Shown here piece after piece: positions 25,525 to 36,990 of a stretch of DNA of 52,943 bases. This DNA comes from Octopus bimaculoides (taxonomy: Eukaryota). The stretch lies in the NCBI RefSeq assembly GCF_001194135.2, contig NC_068984.1, positions 29,225,726 to 29,278,668 of the forward strand, given 5' to 3'. The notes below the pieces were generated by a model. That model ran no database searches. It saw nothing but the letters and a program-made list of their open reading frames with translations, and was not told the DNA's origin. The translations under genes were made by a program, and so were the position numbers. Position 1 is the stretch's first letter, and each line of letters opens with the position of its first letter.

Positions 25525-25830
25525 TTTATTAGCCACACAGGGCTCAACGAAGATGGGACAAATACAATGTAGAGCTTTTCTTTTTGGGAGGGGAAGAAAA
25601 AAAAAGGGGGGGCGATCAAAAGGGATCGTAGGAAGGAAAAGGGGGTAGTTCGATCAAAAGGGATAAAAAAAATAAAAAAAAGGCGATCAATAGGGATCGT
25701 GTATCACACAGTAATGTTCTCGTGTAAAAGGAGGGGAGGACAGTTTAGGTTTGGCCGTGGAAAGAAAAGCCTACGGAAAAGACCACGGTAACCTTGGTCA
25801 ATATTCTCATTGAAGAAACTATAACAGTAA
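25525..25830 (-). mobile_element. Probable LINE (L1/Tx1-like) 3' UTR fragment
   Basis: Minus strand ends ...CCCTGTGTGGCTAATAAAAG (polyA signal); three internal CGATCAA.AGGGAT repeats; no ORF retained, clade from recall only. Confidence 0.35.
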
Positions 25831-26894
25831 GTGACTCTCTTTTGCCTTTTTGTTTTCTTTTTTTTTTCAGATAGATAGATAGATAGACAGATAGATAGAT
25901 AGATAAAGAGAGAGAGAGAGATAGATAGATTGACTGCTAAACAGACAGATAGACAGATGAATAGATAGACAGATAGACAGACAGACAGACAGTCTGATTA
26001 ACAGAAAAATGAAGCGATTGATGGAACGATAAACATTCGGAAACGTAGGGAGATTCAAGAAGCAGGTGGTTAGAAGGAAACAATCAAAGGACATGTGCGT
26101 GCAGGATGTGTGCGTGTGTCTGTGTGTGTATGTGTGTGCGTGTGTGTGCGCGCGCTGATATATATTCATACATTTATAAGCACATTCTTTTCTTTTTCTC
26201 TTCTTGTTTGTTTATAGAAAAAATTCCGCGTAGAAGATATTTTCTTACAGAAAAGAAGTTTTTATTTCGGTTCCTTGACTACACTACTGAGGGTATTCGG
26301 GCTAATTTGGATGTCTACCTCATAATTTGGGAGGGGTGGGGTGGGGGACAGGGGATAGATATGTCCTTAGACATTTTAAAACAGTCACACGCTTTTGATA
26401 TTAGCCAGATTTACGCGTCACTCGATGACTGTCTCAGAAGTGTCAGGAAGAGACGTTTGTCACAGTAACGGTAGCACTATTGTAAATAAATACAATCTAA
26501 ACTATTGATGAAATATACGAAATTTCAGACACACATACACAGAACAGGGCTTGCAAATGATCAGTGTTGGAATGGAAAATAATTTTAATGAAAATGCATG
26601 TATACAAACGCACTATCTATGGAAATTATGAACACAAATGAGGGATTCAACGTGTTCCAGTTCAAGAAAAAGGAGGAAAATGTATGAGGTATGTCGTCAA
26701 AAGCAGTACCACTTTGCTCGACAAGTGTTTTTTAAAGATATGATGAAGTAGAAAGTAGCGTGGCTTGCTGTTTTGAAAACGGAATTGGGGACGATGGAGG
26801 TGGTCAGTACCGCAACGCTTTTATCGGGGCGGTACTTTTGGGTTCTTGTACAGGCTGTATTAGCCCAGGACAAACTCAAGGTTTGGCTCGGGCG

Positions 26895-26919
26895 GCACAC
26901 CTTCTAGCTACACCACTGC
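26895..26919 (-). mobile_element. Isolated hAT-type MITE terminal repeat
   Basis: CTAGCTACACCACTG is the reverse complement of CAGTGGTGTAGCTAG, same type as 42080; partner end not found. Confidence 0.4.
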
Positions 26920-27380
26920 TTCATATATGTCCTTAAATGATGAGCTGGAAGAAGCCCAATTTCATGTGTGGAAGATTGTGTGTTCCGTTGGTTAGTGCAA
27001 CATGTGGAGAGGCGCGTGCCTGTTTTTGTTTTTTTTTTATTATCAAAAACGGGACGAAGATAGTTGGAGTTGCAGTGCCATATGTCTGTTCACAGACTGG
27101 TGCAGCAATACATGGGACTTAGAAACATTAGATTCACAGCGAGAGAAATTGCTCGGCTTGTTAGATTTGAGCAATATGGGGTGAGTACGGTGTATCTGTA
27201 AGGTCACGCAGATTCTAATGATAACTAAAGACAAACAAGTCCATCTAGAAATTTTACCTCATTGAGGGAGCGAAGAGGAGGTCAATCAAATTAGTGGGCA
27301 GTAATAATGGCCACCTTAGAGCGTTCAGTCCGGAAAAAAATTGGTAAACCAGTTGAAAAGAGAAAACAGCTGACGAGAGA

Positions 27381-27570
27381 AAGACGCGGCAACGAAACAG
27401 AGACGACAACAACAAACACCAGAAGCGAAGACCTTAGCCGGTGCTGATACAGTTTTCAACGCGTCGCGGCTCTGGGAACGATCAAAGAAGACACAAGTAA
27501 AATCGCCCTCTCGATCGTGCCACCAGCATCAGAAATTGGCAACAAATGGAAACCCGGGAGGTTACAACCA
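27381..27570. repeat. Unclassified repeat related to 29919-30090 with internal segment inverted
   Basis: AAGACGCGGCAACGAA shared in same orientation; 27432-27569 aligns by eye to reverse complement of 29946-30090. Confidence 0.75.
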
Positions 27571-27627
27571 TCAATACAAAATCGGTTTGAAACCACACTC
27601 ATCATCCCCATCAAGTCATCTTGATTC

Positions 27628-27701
<74 letters not shown>

Positions 27702-28345
27702 AGAAAGCAACAACTGGGGAAGGAAAAGAAACGTAAAGAAAGGAATGAAGGGACAGAAAGAAAATAATGAGCCCCTAGAAAAGGGGCGAATAAGACATAA
27801 CACCAATTCCTACGAAGTATCTGAAAAATACCGGGCTACAAAAGTAGAACACTATCCTGTTTGATCTAACAATGACCTTAGAATGAAACTATGTAAGCGA
27901 TATGCTGATTGGGAAAGAGATGGAACGTGAGTACCAAGAGCAAATTTGATAAAGACCACGTTAATGACCAATCAACAAGTTGGACGAGTATGTTCAAGAG
28001 CGCTTCACAGCTCAGCTAAACACCAATATTGCTCAGGGGCAATACTGGAGAGCTAAGTTTGTAGAAAAGAGATAAGTAGAAGGTAATCAATTCTGAAGGG
28101 CTCTGATCCTAACTGGCAACTCCTCATCTATACCCGAGAGCATGCCCTTACACCCTCATACACATATGCGTGTATTAATTGCTTTTATTTTAAGTTGTAT
28201 CTGTATGTATATATCATAGTGATTTAGTTTTTTTTTCTGCTTGTATTTCTATTTGGCTTCTTTTGCAAAATAAAATTTTAACGTCTTAATATATTTTATT
28301 ACGTGTTTGCCCGTCCCCGGTTTGCACACACACACACACACATAC

Positions 28346-28490
28346 AGAGGCGCGTGTGGCTTAGTGGTTAGGGTGTTGGACTAATGATCGTAAGATTGTG
28401 GATTCGATTCTTGAACCGGGTGATGCGTTGTGTTCTTGAGCAAAACATTTCATTTCACATTGCTCCAGTCAACCCAGCGGGCAGAATTGT
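28346..28490 (+). mobile_element. SINE family D head (tRNA plus CORE-like)
   Basis: GGCGCGTGTGGCTTAGTGGTTAGGG..GGATTCGATTC..GCGTTGTGTTCTTGAGCAAAACA. Confidence 0.75.
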
Positions 28491-28665
28491 TATCTTAATG
28501 GCATTTCGCCCGTCTTAACGTTCTGAGTTCAAATTCCGCCGACGTCGACTTCACTCTTCATTATTTAGTTGAGTAACAGTTGAGTAATGGGACGATGTAA
28601 TCGACGAGCAAACCCCTTCCCAAATTTCAGGCCTTGTGCTTAGAGTAGAAAGTATTATTATTATT
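28490..28665 (+). mobile_element. SINE family C
   Basis: GTTCTGAGTTCAAATTCCGCCGACGTCGACTT...GGCCTTGTGCTTAGAGTAGAAAG(TAT)n. Confidence 0.8.
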
Positions 28666-28712
28666 ATAAGGACAGTGATTTGGCAGAATCGTTAGAGCCT
28701 AGGGCTAAGTGT

Positions 28713-29086
28713 AGTGGAGGCGCAATGGCCCAGTGGTTAGGGCAGCGGACTAGCGGTTTCGATTCCCAGACCGGGCGTTGTGAGTGTTTATTGAGCGAAA
28801 ACATCTAAAGCTCCACGAGGCTCCGGCAGGGGGATGGTGGCGAACTCTGCTGTGCTCTTCCACCACAACTTTCTCTCACTCTTACTTCCTGTTTCTGTTG
28901 TGCCTGTAATTCAAAGGGTCAGCCTTGTCACACTGTGTCAATCTGAATATCCCCGAGAACTACGTTAAGGGTACACGTAACTGTGGAGTGCTCAGCCACT
29001 TGCACGTTAATTTCACGAGCAGACTGTTCCGTTGATCGGATCAACTGGAACCTCGACGTCGTAAGCGACGGAATGCCAGCAACAAC
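28713..29086 (+). mobile_element. SINE family B inserted into a family C copy (28668-29245), 12-bp TSD
   Basis: TSD AGGGCTAAGTGT at 28701-28712 and 29087-29098; C-type sequence on both sides. Confidence 0.92.
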
Positions 29087-29267
29087 AGGGCTAAGTGTTT
29101 CCCAATATTCGTTTCAGATATTTACATTCTGATTTCAAATCCCGCTGAAGTAAACTTACCTTTTCATCTATGAGGGATCTATAAAATGAAACGTTAATCA
29201 ATAATTGGGGCCAACAGCATCGACTAACCTTTCCACACTAACACCAGATCTTACACCTATATTCTTT

Positions 29268-29572
29268 CATTGTTTTATTCTTTTACTTGTTTCAGTCATT
29301 TGACTACGCCCATGCTGGAGCACCGCCTTATAGGATTTTATCTGAAGAAATCGACCTCAGGACTTATTCATTGTAAACCTATTACTTCTTTTATCGGTTT
29401 CTTTTGCCAGCTGCTAAGTTACGGAATCATGAATACACCAGCATCGGTTATTAAGAAATGGCAGGGACAAACACACACACACATACACATACGAGGGACT
29501 TCTTTCAGTTTCCATCTACCAAATCTACTCACAAGGCTTTGGTCGACCCGAGGCTATAGCAGAGGGCACTTA
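29268..29572 (-). mobile_element. SINE family A, 5'-truncated
   Basis: TTTCAGTCATTTGACTACGCCCATGCTGGAGCACCGCC...AGGCTTTGGTCGACCCGAGGCTATAG. Confidence 0.88.
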
Positions 29573-29589
29573 GAAATAATTATTATGAA

Positions 29590-30480
29590 TATTATTATAT
29601 AAAAATAATCCATGTGTAAATAAAGCAATGAAAAAGAGAATGTGCTGAGATGGAACTGAGTAGAAAAAGCGATGTGAGGAGAAATAAACTTGGAAGAGCG
29701 CTGTGTGCGCGTACGTGTTTGTATCGGTTTAAGAATGTTGATAGCTTAGGTTGAAATGAAAAAGAATGGGACAGGAATTGGGAAACAAAGATAAGAATTA
29801 AGAAGGGCTGCAAATTGAATTGCTTCTCTTATACATGTAGATATGTACATACATGTACGTATATATGCATATACTCACATATTATATATATATATATTCA
29901 GAGAGAGAGAGAGATTTTAAGACGCGGCAACGAAGCAGAAACAAAGCTTGTGGCCTCCCAGTTTTCCGCTTGTTACCAATTTCTGACGCTGGTGCCACCC
30001 ACGAGAGGACGATATTACTTGTGTCCTCTTAGATGATTCTCAGAGCCGTGAATGACGATGCGTTGAAAACTGTAGCAGCGACGGCCAAGGATTTTAACTC
30101 TTATTTCTTGCAATATAGTTCCTATTCAGCACCCTCAGTCACAATTAGTGACAAATTTTTCCTTTACAGTTTTATATTACGCTTAGCTGTTTATATTAAT
30201 TGTTAGTGTATACACACATACACAATATTATATATGTTTGCCACTCTTCCTGTCTTCTTCTTCACATCCCCTTCTCTTTACTACACTTTGTTTTTTCTCT
30301 CTTCTTTCTGTTTCTTCGATTATGTTTCTCCGCATTTATATGCTTGAATAATTCCTATTACTGTCCGGGGAGTGAAGCTAATACAAGTTTTGACCCCCAC
30401 CCTTCGAATGAGTGTTAAATTGAAAACAAACAACTTTTAACGCATACAAGAGACATTGATAGATGTAACTCTCGCTCCCC
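29590..30480 (+). repeat. Old local duplication, copy 2, with extra sequence (~29880-30200)
   Basis: TAGCTTAGGTTGAAATGA..GAATGGGACAGG..AAGAATTA vs TAGCTAGGGTTGAAGTGAGAGAATGTGACAGA..AAGAATTA; see copy 1. Confidence 0.8.
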
Positions 30481-30495
30481 CTCTCACTTACTCCT

Positions 30496-30549
<54 letters not shown>

Positions 30550-30696
30550 TGTTTTTTTTATAAGTGTGTATGGATGGTTCTCTGTCATTTTCGACGACGT
30601 GGATTCAACTGAATTTTCTACGCATTGAATTAGCGTGTAAGCAACTGACCATTCTACAGACAGCTGTGCCTTTACCACAATCTCCAAGTAGAATTA

Positions 30697-30995
30697 GTGC
30701 TGTGTGATAAGAAATTTGCTTCATAACTACATGGTTCTGTGTTCAGTCCCACCACGTGGCATGCTGAGCATGTGTTTTCTGCTATAGCCTCGAGCCGACC
30801 AAAGCGAGTACGCATGTGTGTGAGACCACCTCTTGACGATCGGTGCTGGTGTATTTACATCCCTATAACTTAGCGGTTCGGCAAAATAGACCGACAGAAT
30901 AAGTAGCAGAGTAAAAAAAAACAAACAAAGAATTGGAGTCGACTAAAAATTCTTTAAGGCAGTACTCTAATGACTGAAGCAAGTAAATGACAAAA
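30697..30995 (+). mobile_element. SINE family A, centrally deleted
   Basis: GTGTGATAAGAAATTTGCTTC..GTTCAGTCCCA..TATAGCCTCGAGCCGACCAAAG..AACTTAGCGGTTCGGCAAAA. Confidence 0.8.
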
Positions 30996-31149
30996 TATAC
31001 TGTGACAAGGATTTACCTTTGTATTACAGGTGCAACTCATACAGGTGTAGTACATGTGTGTATGTGTGCTTGGATTTGTAAACTATGATAAGAATAACTC
31101 TGGTCGGCGGAAGACCGCACCCGCTTTCGGTCTTTCTGTTTTGTTTTTT

Positions 31150-31885
31150 TTTCTACAGAAACCCACTAATTCGAGTGCGGAGATTACAAATCTGCAAAAA
31201 AAATCAGCATTTCAAAATTTAAATTCCCCTCACACACATACACACCACCACCACCAATTTTCCTTTTTTTAGAATTTTTTTTCTTTTGGCGAAATACGTA
31301 GATAAAGACGGAGATTATGATACAGAAAAAAAAAATTTGTGAAATTTGAATTTTTCAAAAAAAAAAAAAAANNNNNNNNNNNNNNNNNNNNNNNNNNNNN
31401 NNNNNNNNNNNNNNNNNNNNNNNNNNNNNNNNNNNNNNNNNNNNNNNNNNNNNNNNNNNNNNNNNNNNNNNNNNNNNNNNNNNNNNNNNNNNNNNNNNNN
31501 NNNNNNNNNNNNNNNNNNNNNNNNNNNNNNNNNNNNNNNNNNNNNNNNNNNNNNNNNNNNNNNNNNNNNNNNNNNNNNNNNNNNNNNNNNNNNNNNNNNN
31601 NNNNNNNNNNNNNNNNNNNNNNNNNNNNNNNNNNNNNNNNNNNNNNNNNNNNNNNNNNNNNNNNNNNNNNNNNNNNNNNNNNNNNNNNNNNNNNNNNNNN
31701 NNNNNNNNNNNNNNNNNNNNNNNNNNNNNNNNNNNNNNNNNNNNNNNNNNNNNNNNNNNNNNNNNNNNNNNNNNNNNNNNNNNNNNNNNNNNNNNNNNNN
31801 ATGAAGGCAAATTAAAATTTTGAAATGCAGATTTTTTTGGCAGATTCGGAATCTCTGCACTCGAACTAGTGGGTTTCTGTAGGAA
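31150..31885. mobile_element. Non-autonomous DNA transposon with ~75-bp TIRs spanning a gap
   Basis: CTACAGAAACCCACTAATTCGAGTGCGGAGATT..CATTTCAAAATTT (31153-31226) is the inverted match of 31807-31882; superfamily unassigned. Confidence 0.7.
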
Positions 31886-32019
31886 AAAAAATGTAAGGGG
31901 TTGCGGTTCATGCCCTTTACCTCAGCCCACTGGTCAACAAAGAATTTGTCCCAAGGAAAAGAATACCTGTATCATACTTTTATCATATGGGAGAATGTAC
32001 GAAAAAACAACAACAACAG

Positions 32020-32130
32020 ACGAGGACAGGTGGTGTAAACAACAAAAGGATGTATTAGTTTGTCGCCCGGGAATACAGAGAGTCTTTAATGTTTCGAGCT
32101 ACGCTCTTCAACAGAAAGAATACGGAGAAA
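32020..32130 (-). ncRNA. Short Penelope-derived element with decayed minimal hammerhead (family of 40803-40930)
   Basis: Minus strand TCTTT-CTGTTGA-A-GAGC-GTA-GCTC-GAAA-CA-TT-AAAGA (32119-32083); flanks align with 40830-40925. Confidence 0.55.
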
Positions 32131-32887
32131 ACAAGGAGAAAAATACGGAGAAAACAAGGAAAAAAACACGGAGAAAAAAAATTGAATAGTCTCTGGTCAA
32201 CGATCTATCATGACTACATGCAGAATTCAAAAATAATGTCAAATTATCTGTATCACCCACAGTTTCTCTGTTCCACGATATCCCTCTAGATTTCAGTTAA
32301 GCTGTTGAAGCTAACGGTTTAAGAAATACTCCTAATTAAAATTTTTATGAACAGAATTGACCTAGTGAAATCATAAATCCAGCTATCTGAGTCAATGAGT
32401 CCCAAAAATATATGAAATAAAAGATATGTAAAAATACTTACACACAGAAAAAAGCACAGAAAAATACTAACACACAGAAGCACAGAAAAATATGTAATAT
32501 ACTAACACACAGAAAAATTAAAACAAAACACGCGGGTGAAAAGAATCTCGTGGGGTGAAGAATTAAATGTGAAAAATCAACATAGATACCAGTGAGCCAC
32601 AACATAGCGTGTGGTTGTCAAAGTAACAAGCTGCTAATGCCACACTGTCTGTTGATTGGCTAAAATTACCCAAATGTCCCATAGCATCAGATTCTTTAAT
32701 TTACTAGATAAAGTAATTGGTTGACCGTTATCAAAATTCAGAATTGCTTCGATACACCAGAATTGAAAGCAATCTGAGTAAAATTAAGTGGGGCTTATTT
32801 TAGGAATGAGAAAGACTAGATCCTCTTCTTTATCCTTATTATCAATGTATCGTCTCCTTTGACAAAATAACAATAATAATAATATTA

Positions 32888-33100
32888 ATGGTTTCAAATT
32901 TTGTCACAAGGGCCGTAATTGTGGGGAAGGGGTTAAGTCGATTACATCGACCTCAGTATTCAACTGGTACTTATTTTATCGACTCCGAAAGGATGAAAGA
33001 CAAAGTCGACCTCGGCGGAATTTGAACTCATAATGTAAAGACGGATAAAATGCTGGTAAGCATTTTACCCGGCATTTTTCTCCTGCCAGCTCACCCTCTG
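32888..33100 (-). mobile_element. SINE family C
   Basis: TTTCAAATTTTGTCACAAGGGCC...CAAAGTCGACCTCGGCGGAATTTGAACTC. Confidence 0.88.
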
Positions 33101-33119
33101 AGCAATAACAACTACAATA

Positions 33120-33271
33120 ATTACATTATTTACATTTGACGGATATTTGTCCTCATCTTGTTTGTTGTTTACACACAGTTTTGGCTGATATACCCTCCAG
33201 CCTTTATCAGGTGTCTTGGGGAAATTTCGAACCTGGGTTGGTTCTCATTCCTAAGGTATTTTTCGATGTTG

Positions 33272-33307
<36 letters not shown>

Positions 33308-33369
33308 TCCTGGTGGTTAAGAGCGCGGGTTACAAACCCCAAGATTCCGAGTTCGATTCGAGGCAGTGA

Positions 33370-33404
<35 letters not shown>

Positions 33405-33595
33405 TCGAAAAATACCTTTGGAATGAGAACCCAGGTTCGAAAGTTCCCCAAGATACCTGAAGAAAGCTGGAGGGTATATCAGCCGAAACGTTGTATTAAC
33501 AACAAACAAGATGAGGACAAATATCCGTCGAATGTAAATTATATAAATAATGTAAATAATACACATAATTCCTCATCTCATAAATATAAAACTGA
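33120..33595. mobile_element. Palindromic non-autonomous element: inverted hammerhead-bearing arms around a tRNA-like core
   Basis: Left arm 33121-33309 is the reverse complement of right arm 33368-33555; (AAT)n in both arms; core 33311-33365 with GTGGTTAAGAGC and GAGTTCGATTC boxes. Confidence 0.85.
33452..33497 (+). ncRNA. Penelope-type minimal hammerhead ribozyme (intact core)
   Basis: GATAC-CTGAAGA-A-(A)GCTG..CAGC(C)-GAAA-CG-TT-GTATT: stem I GATAC/GTATT, stem II GCTG/CAGC, palindromic AACGTT stem III, predicted cleavage after 33492. Confidence 0.7.
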
Positions 33596-33607
33596 ACGAT
33601 AATAATT

Positions 33608-33805
33608 GTTTTAAATTTTGGCACAAGACCAGCAACAGGAGAAGGGATAATCGATTATCACGACCCAGTATTTCATTGGTGCTTCGTTTTATCGACCCCG
33701 AAAGGATGAAAGGCAAAATCGACCTCGGCGGAATTTGAACTCAGAAAGGAGCGACGAATGAAATACTGCTAAGCTTTTCGTCCAGCGTGCTAACGACTCT
33801 GATAG
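33608..33805 (-). mobile_element. SINE family C
   Basis: GGCACAAGACCAGC..ATCGACCCCGAAAGGATGAAAGGCAAAATCGACCTCGGCGGAATTTGAACTCAG. Confidence 0.88.
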
Positions 33806-33893
33806 TACAGTATCAACTAGGAGCTGAAGAATGGATTTAAACTTAGACTGGTATAAAATGTTTCATAATCCTTAATGTATTTTTGTCTCTCAG

Positions 33894-33958
33894 CCTTGCT
33901 TTTGTATGTATGAAGGGGAAGTCGACCTAGAAACGAAATTTAGAGAAAAGAATCTTTG
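33894..33958 (+). other. Candidate 65-nt exon
   Basis: Acceptor TTTTTGTCTCTCAG| and donor TTG|GTAAGA; one open frame PCFCMYEGEVDLETKFREKNL with no recognisable homology. Confidence 0.3.
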
Positions 33959-34820
33959 GTAAGAAACTAAGGTTTGCCTAAAATATTAGCATATATACTT
34001 TCACAAAGTAGTACATTATTTTAGAAAATAGCTCCAAGGGAAATTTTTCTGTTTTACAAAAAAGGGTATAAGGATTTACTTGTTAGTCGGTTCTAATTGA
34101 CTTCGGTGATAATTCAATGTGATATTTGATAAGATTCTTACCTTTAAAAGTTAAAGTTTTACAGTTGTATATATCGTTGCGAGCAGTCTTGAATAGCAGC
34201 ACGATCCGCAATTCGTTAACTACTCTGGCAAGCTAGCTCCACAGTGTTTGCACATAAACACAGTTTAGAAAAACGTAAATAAACAAACCAGTTGACTTTG
34301 GCCTGAAAAAGAAATAATTGTTGGTACAAATGGTGTAGAGTTATGTGTTTACGTTCAGTACCACGCGTTCCAGAGTTCACATTCATCCACAGAGGAATTT
34401 GACCTCTATTTCTTAATATGATAAACTAATTTACTTGCAATATGCAAATAGTCAATTAAGTAAATTGCGTCAAATACTTCTCATCGTTATTTCAGTATGG
34501 CAGGAATCATGATGAATGTATATCAATTAAAGTCCTAAAGAGAAAGAAATTAAAGCGCTGTGATGCATTAAAGTTGACATCATTGGTGTTATATTCATTC
34601 TGTGTTTTAAAAATAATGTTAAAAAAGCAAAACAAATAAAAAAAAAATCCAGATGAAACAAAGTGCCTCATAAAGAAATTCTGATTGTGATAGCCAGTGC
34701 TTAACCGATTTTTTTTTGGTTCAAATTCCACACCAGTTCACCGTGCCTTTTGTTTCTGTTTGTGAACTGTAAAATTTTATGTAAAAGTCAGTGGCGTGTA
34801 TGTATTTTATGGACCGAGTT

Positions 34821-34895
34821 AGTCTATTATAAATTCACGCATTCTAGTCTATTATAAATTCACGCATTCTAGTCTATTATAAATTCACGCATTCT
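34821..34895. repeat. Perfect 3 x 25-bp tandem repeat
   Basis: AGTCTATTATAAATTCACGCATTCT at 34821, 34846 and 34871. Confidence 0.97.
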
Positions 34896-35046
34896 GAAGA
34901 AGAAGAAAACAAGTCTAAAGGTTAAAATGAAATTAAGACCAAGTTTGAAATTATTGTGTTTTAATTGTTGACATCACCAGTGTCGTCCTTGTTGTTATTA
35001 AGAGAAACACCGAACTCTGGGCGGCGTTTCTCTTTGCTTATATAAT

Positions 35047-35234
35047 CCTTTCTACTATAAGGCACAAGGCCTGAAATTTTGGAGGAGGAATTAAACCGAT
35101 TACATCGCCCTCAATGCTCAACTGGTACTTAATTTATCGACCCCGGTGGAATTTGAACTCAGAACGTAGTGATGGTTGACATACCGCTAAGCATTTCGTC
35201 CAGCGTGCTAACGATTCTGCCAGCTCACTGCCTT
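35047..35234 (-). mobile_element. SINE family C with ~19-bp TSD, internally deleted
   Basis: TTCTCTTTGCTTATATAAT at 35028-35046 and 35233-35251. Confidence 0.9.
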
Positions 35235-35382
35235 CTCTTTGCTTATATAATAAACATATTATCTAATGTTTGTGTGTGTGTATTACAGGACATTTATACA
35301 ATATTGTTTCCTATTTTAGGACAGAGACGTGATTTGAGATAAATTTAGCTGCTTTTTCTAGCCTCGAAGTCAACTAAGTTCA

Positions 35383-35575
35383 TGCTGTTTAACCTCAGAT
35401 AAACCCCTAGTCAAACATACATATGATGAAAAGCGTTCTAGCCATGACCAACTCATCAATTTGTATAGTAGGAATTATTTTGTCCTGTATGCCATTTAAA
35501 ACGGTAGGGTGTGATTCAAAGGAAATTTGGTTGCTATTTTCCGCAGGCCGAGCGATCACAGAACTCTTTCGTTGA
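35383..35575 (+). repeat. Dispersed repeat family E (unclassified)
   Basis: TTTAACCTCAG..ATATGATGAAAAGCGTTCTAGCCATGACC..GGTAGGGTGTGATTCAAAGGAAATTTGGTTGCTATTT; related copies near 16445-16700, 42320, 46203, 46655. Confidence 0.5.
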
Positions 35576-35857
35576 ACATCGACACCAGCTGATCTGTACT
35601 GACGACACTATTACATGGAACTAGTTTTGTTAGACAGCGACACGGCAGACAGACTAGACGTCTGACAGGAAACAAATCTTTCTCTGTCTCTAATGTTTAT
35701 TATTTTTTCTGTTCAGTCATCGAGGTAATTGATGTAAGATGAAATGTAAGGTATGAGTTACTTGGGGAAGATGTGATAGTTTGTAATAGGAAGGGTTTGC
35801 AGTGTTTTGGTTACATATACATATAGACATTCTTACGAAAGCTCCATTATAATAATG

Positions 35858-36073
35858 GTTTCAAATTTTGGCACAAGGTCAGAAGGTAAGGAGGAAGGGT
35901 TAAGTCGATTATATTGACCCCAGTGTTCAACTGGTGCTTATTTCATCGACCCCGAAAGGATGAAAGACAAAGTCGACCTCGGTGAAATTTGAACTCAGAA
36001 CATAAAGATGGACGAAATGTCGTTAAGCATTTTGCCCGACATGCTAATGTTTCTGCCAGCTCGCCGCCCTATA
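35858..36073 (-). mobile_element. SINE family C with 16-bp TSD
   Basis: CTCCATTATAATAATG (35842-35857) / CTCCACTATAATAATG (36074-36089). Confidence 0.9.
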
Positions 36074-36423
36074 CTCCACTATAATAATGTTTGCTCTATT
36101 GTTCCCTTTCTACTCCTATTCTAAATTATATTTGTTTCCTTTCTTGTGGTCTTTTGGATTATAGTTCAAATCCTGACTATTTCGGTGTTTATTGGAAACG
36201 GAACGACTTTCATTTTTATTTGAGCAGCATTCGTAGAATTGTTTTTGTTGTTGTTAATGTTATGTTATTTATATATTTTCCGAAACTGTAAAAGCTAGAT
36301 TTCTTGATTTAAAGATAAGCGGAGACTGCATGACAGTTTCGATTCCCGATCGAAAACAAATCACTTCACCTTGGCTGCTAAGGGCTTTGAACGAGGCACA
36401 CCTGTCAGGCATTCTTCTTACAG

Positions 36424-36503
36424 ATTTATGAGCACATAAAGAAATCAATATTTCTATAAATTGTGTAGCGACCAGCGTATTGCAAGATAGAAACAATATT
36501 CTG
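36424..36503 (+). other. Candidate 80-nt non-coding exon
   Basis: Acceptor TTCTTCTTACAG| and donor CTG|GTGAGT; stops in all three frames. Confidence 0.3.
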
Positions 36504-36679
36504 GTGAGTCATCATTTGTGTCACTGTTTTGATTCCTGATGGAAGTCACCTCACTACATTTACATACAACTAATACATATGCGAAAGGCAGGGATATTAC
36601 AACTCTTCATAATATTCTGTCCTGAAATACAAAGCTGTTATGTATACTGAGAGGAGAAGAATATTATTGATTATTATCA

Positions 36680-36905
36680 ATGTGGCGGCAAGCTGGTAGA
36701 ATTGTTAGCATGCCCGAAAAATGATTAGCGCCATTTCGTCCTTCTTCATGTTCTGAGCTCCAATTTTGACTTTGCCTTTCATCCTTTTGAGGTCGATAAA
36801 ATAAGTACCAGTCGAGAACTGGTGTCCATATATAATCGACTTATACCCTCCCTCTAAATTGCTAGCAATTTCGAGGGAGGGCATAATCAATATTATTATA
36901 ATTAA
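36680..36905 (+). mobile_element. SINE family C
   Basis: GGCGGCAAGCTGGTAGAATTGTTAGC..TTGCCTTTCATCCTTTTGAGGTCGATAAAATAAGTACCAG. Confidence 0.82.
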
Positions 36906-36990
36906 TGTAATGAGAACCTTAGAACGTAGATAAAACAAAGAGCAATGCATTTTTAATTTTCGTTTGAAATAATTTCTGTTCATTTTACAG

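Noticed and set aside
33311-33365. tRNA gene
   Set aside because: No acceptor stem or complete D-arm; it is a tRNA-derived head inside a repeat. Same applies to all SINE heads.
34821-34895. CRISPR-like array (also the SINE C array at 43195-44240)
   Set aside because: No unique spacers, no cas genes, eukaryotic context.
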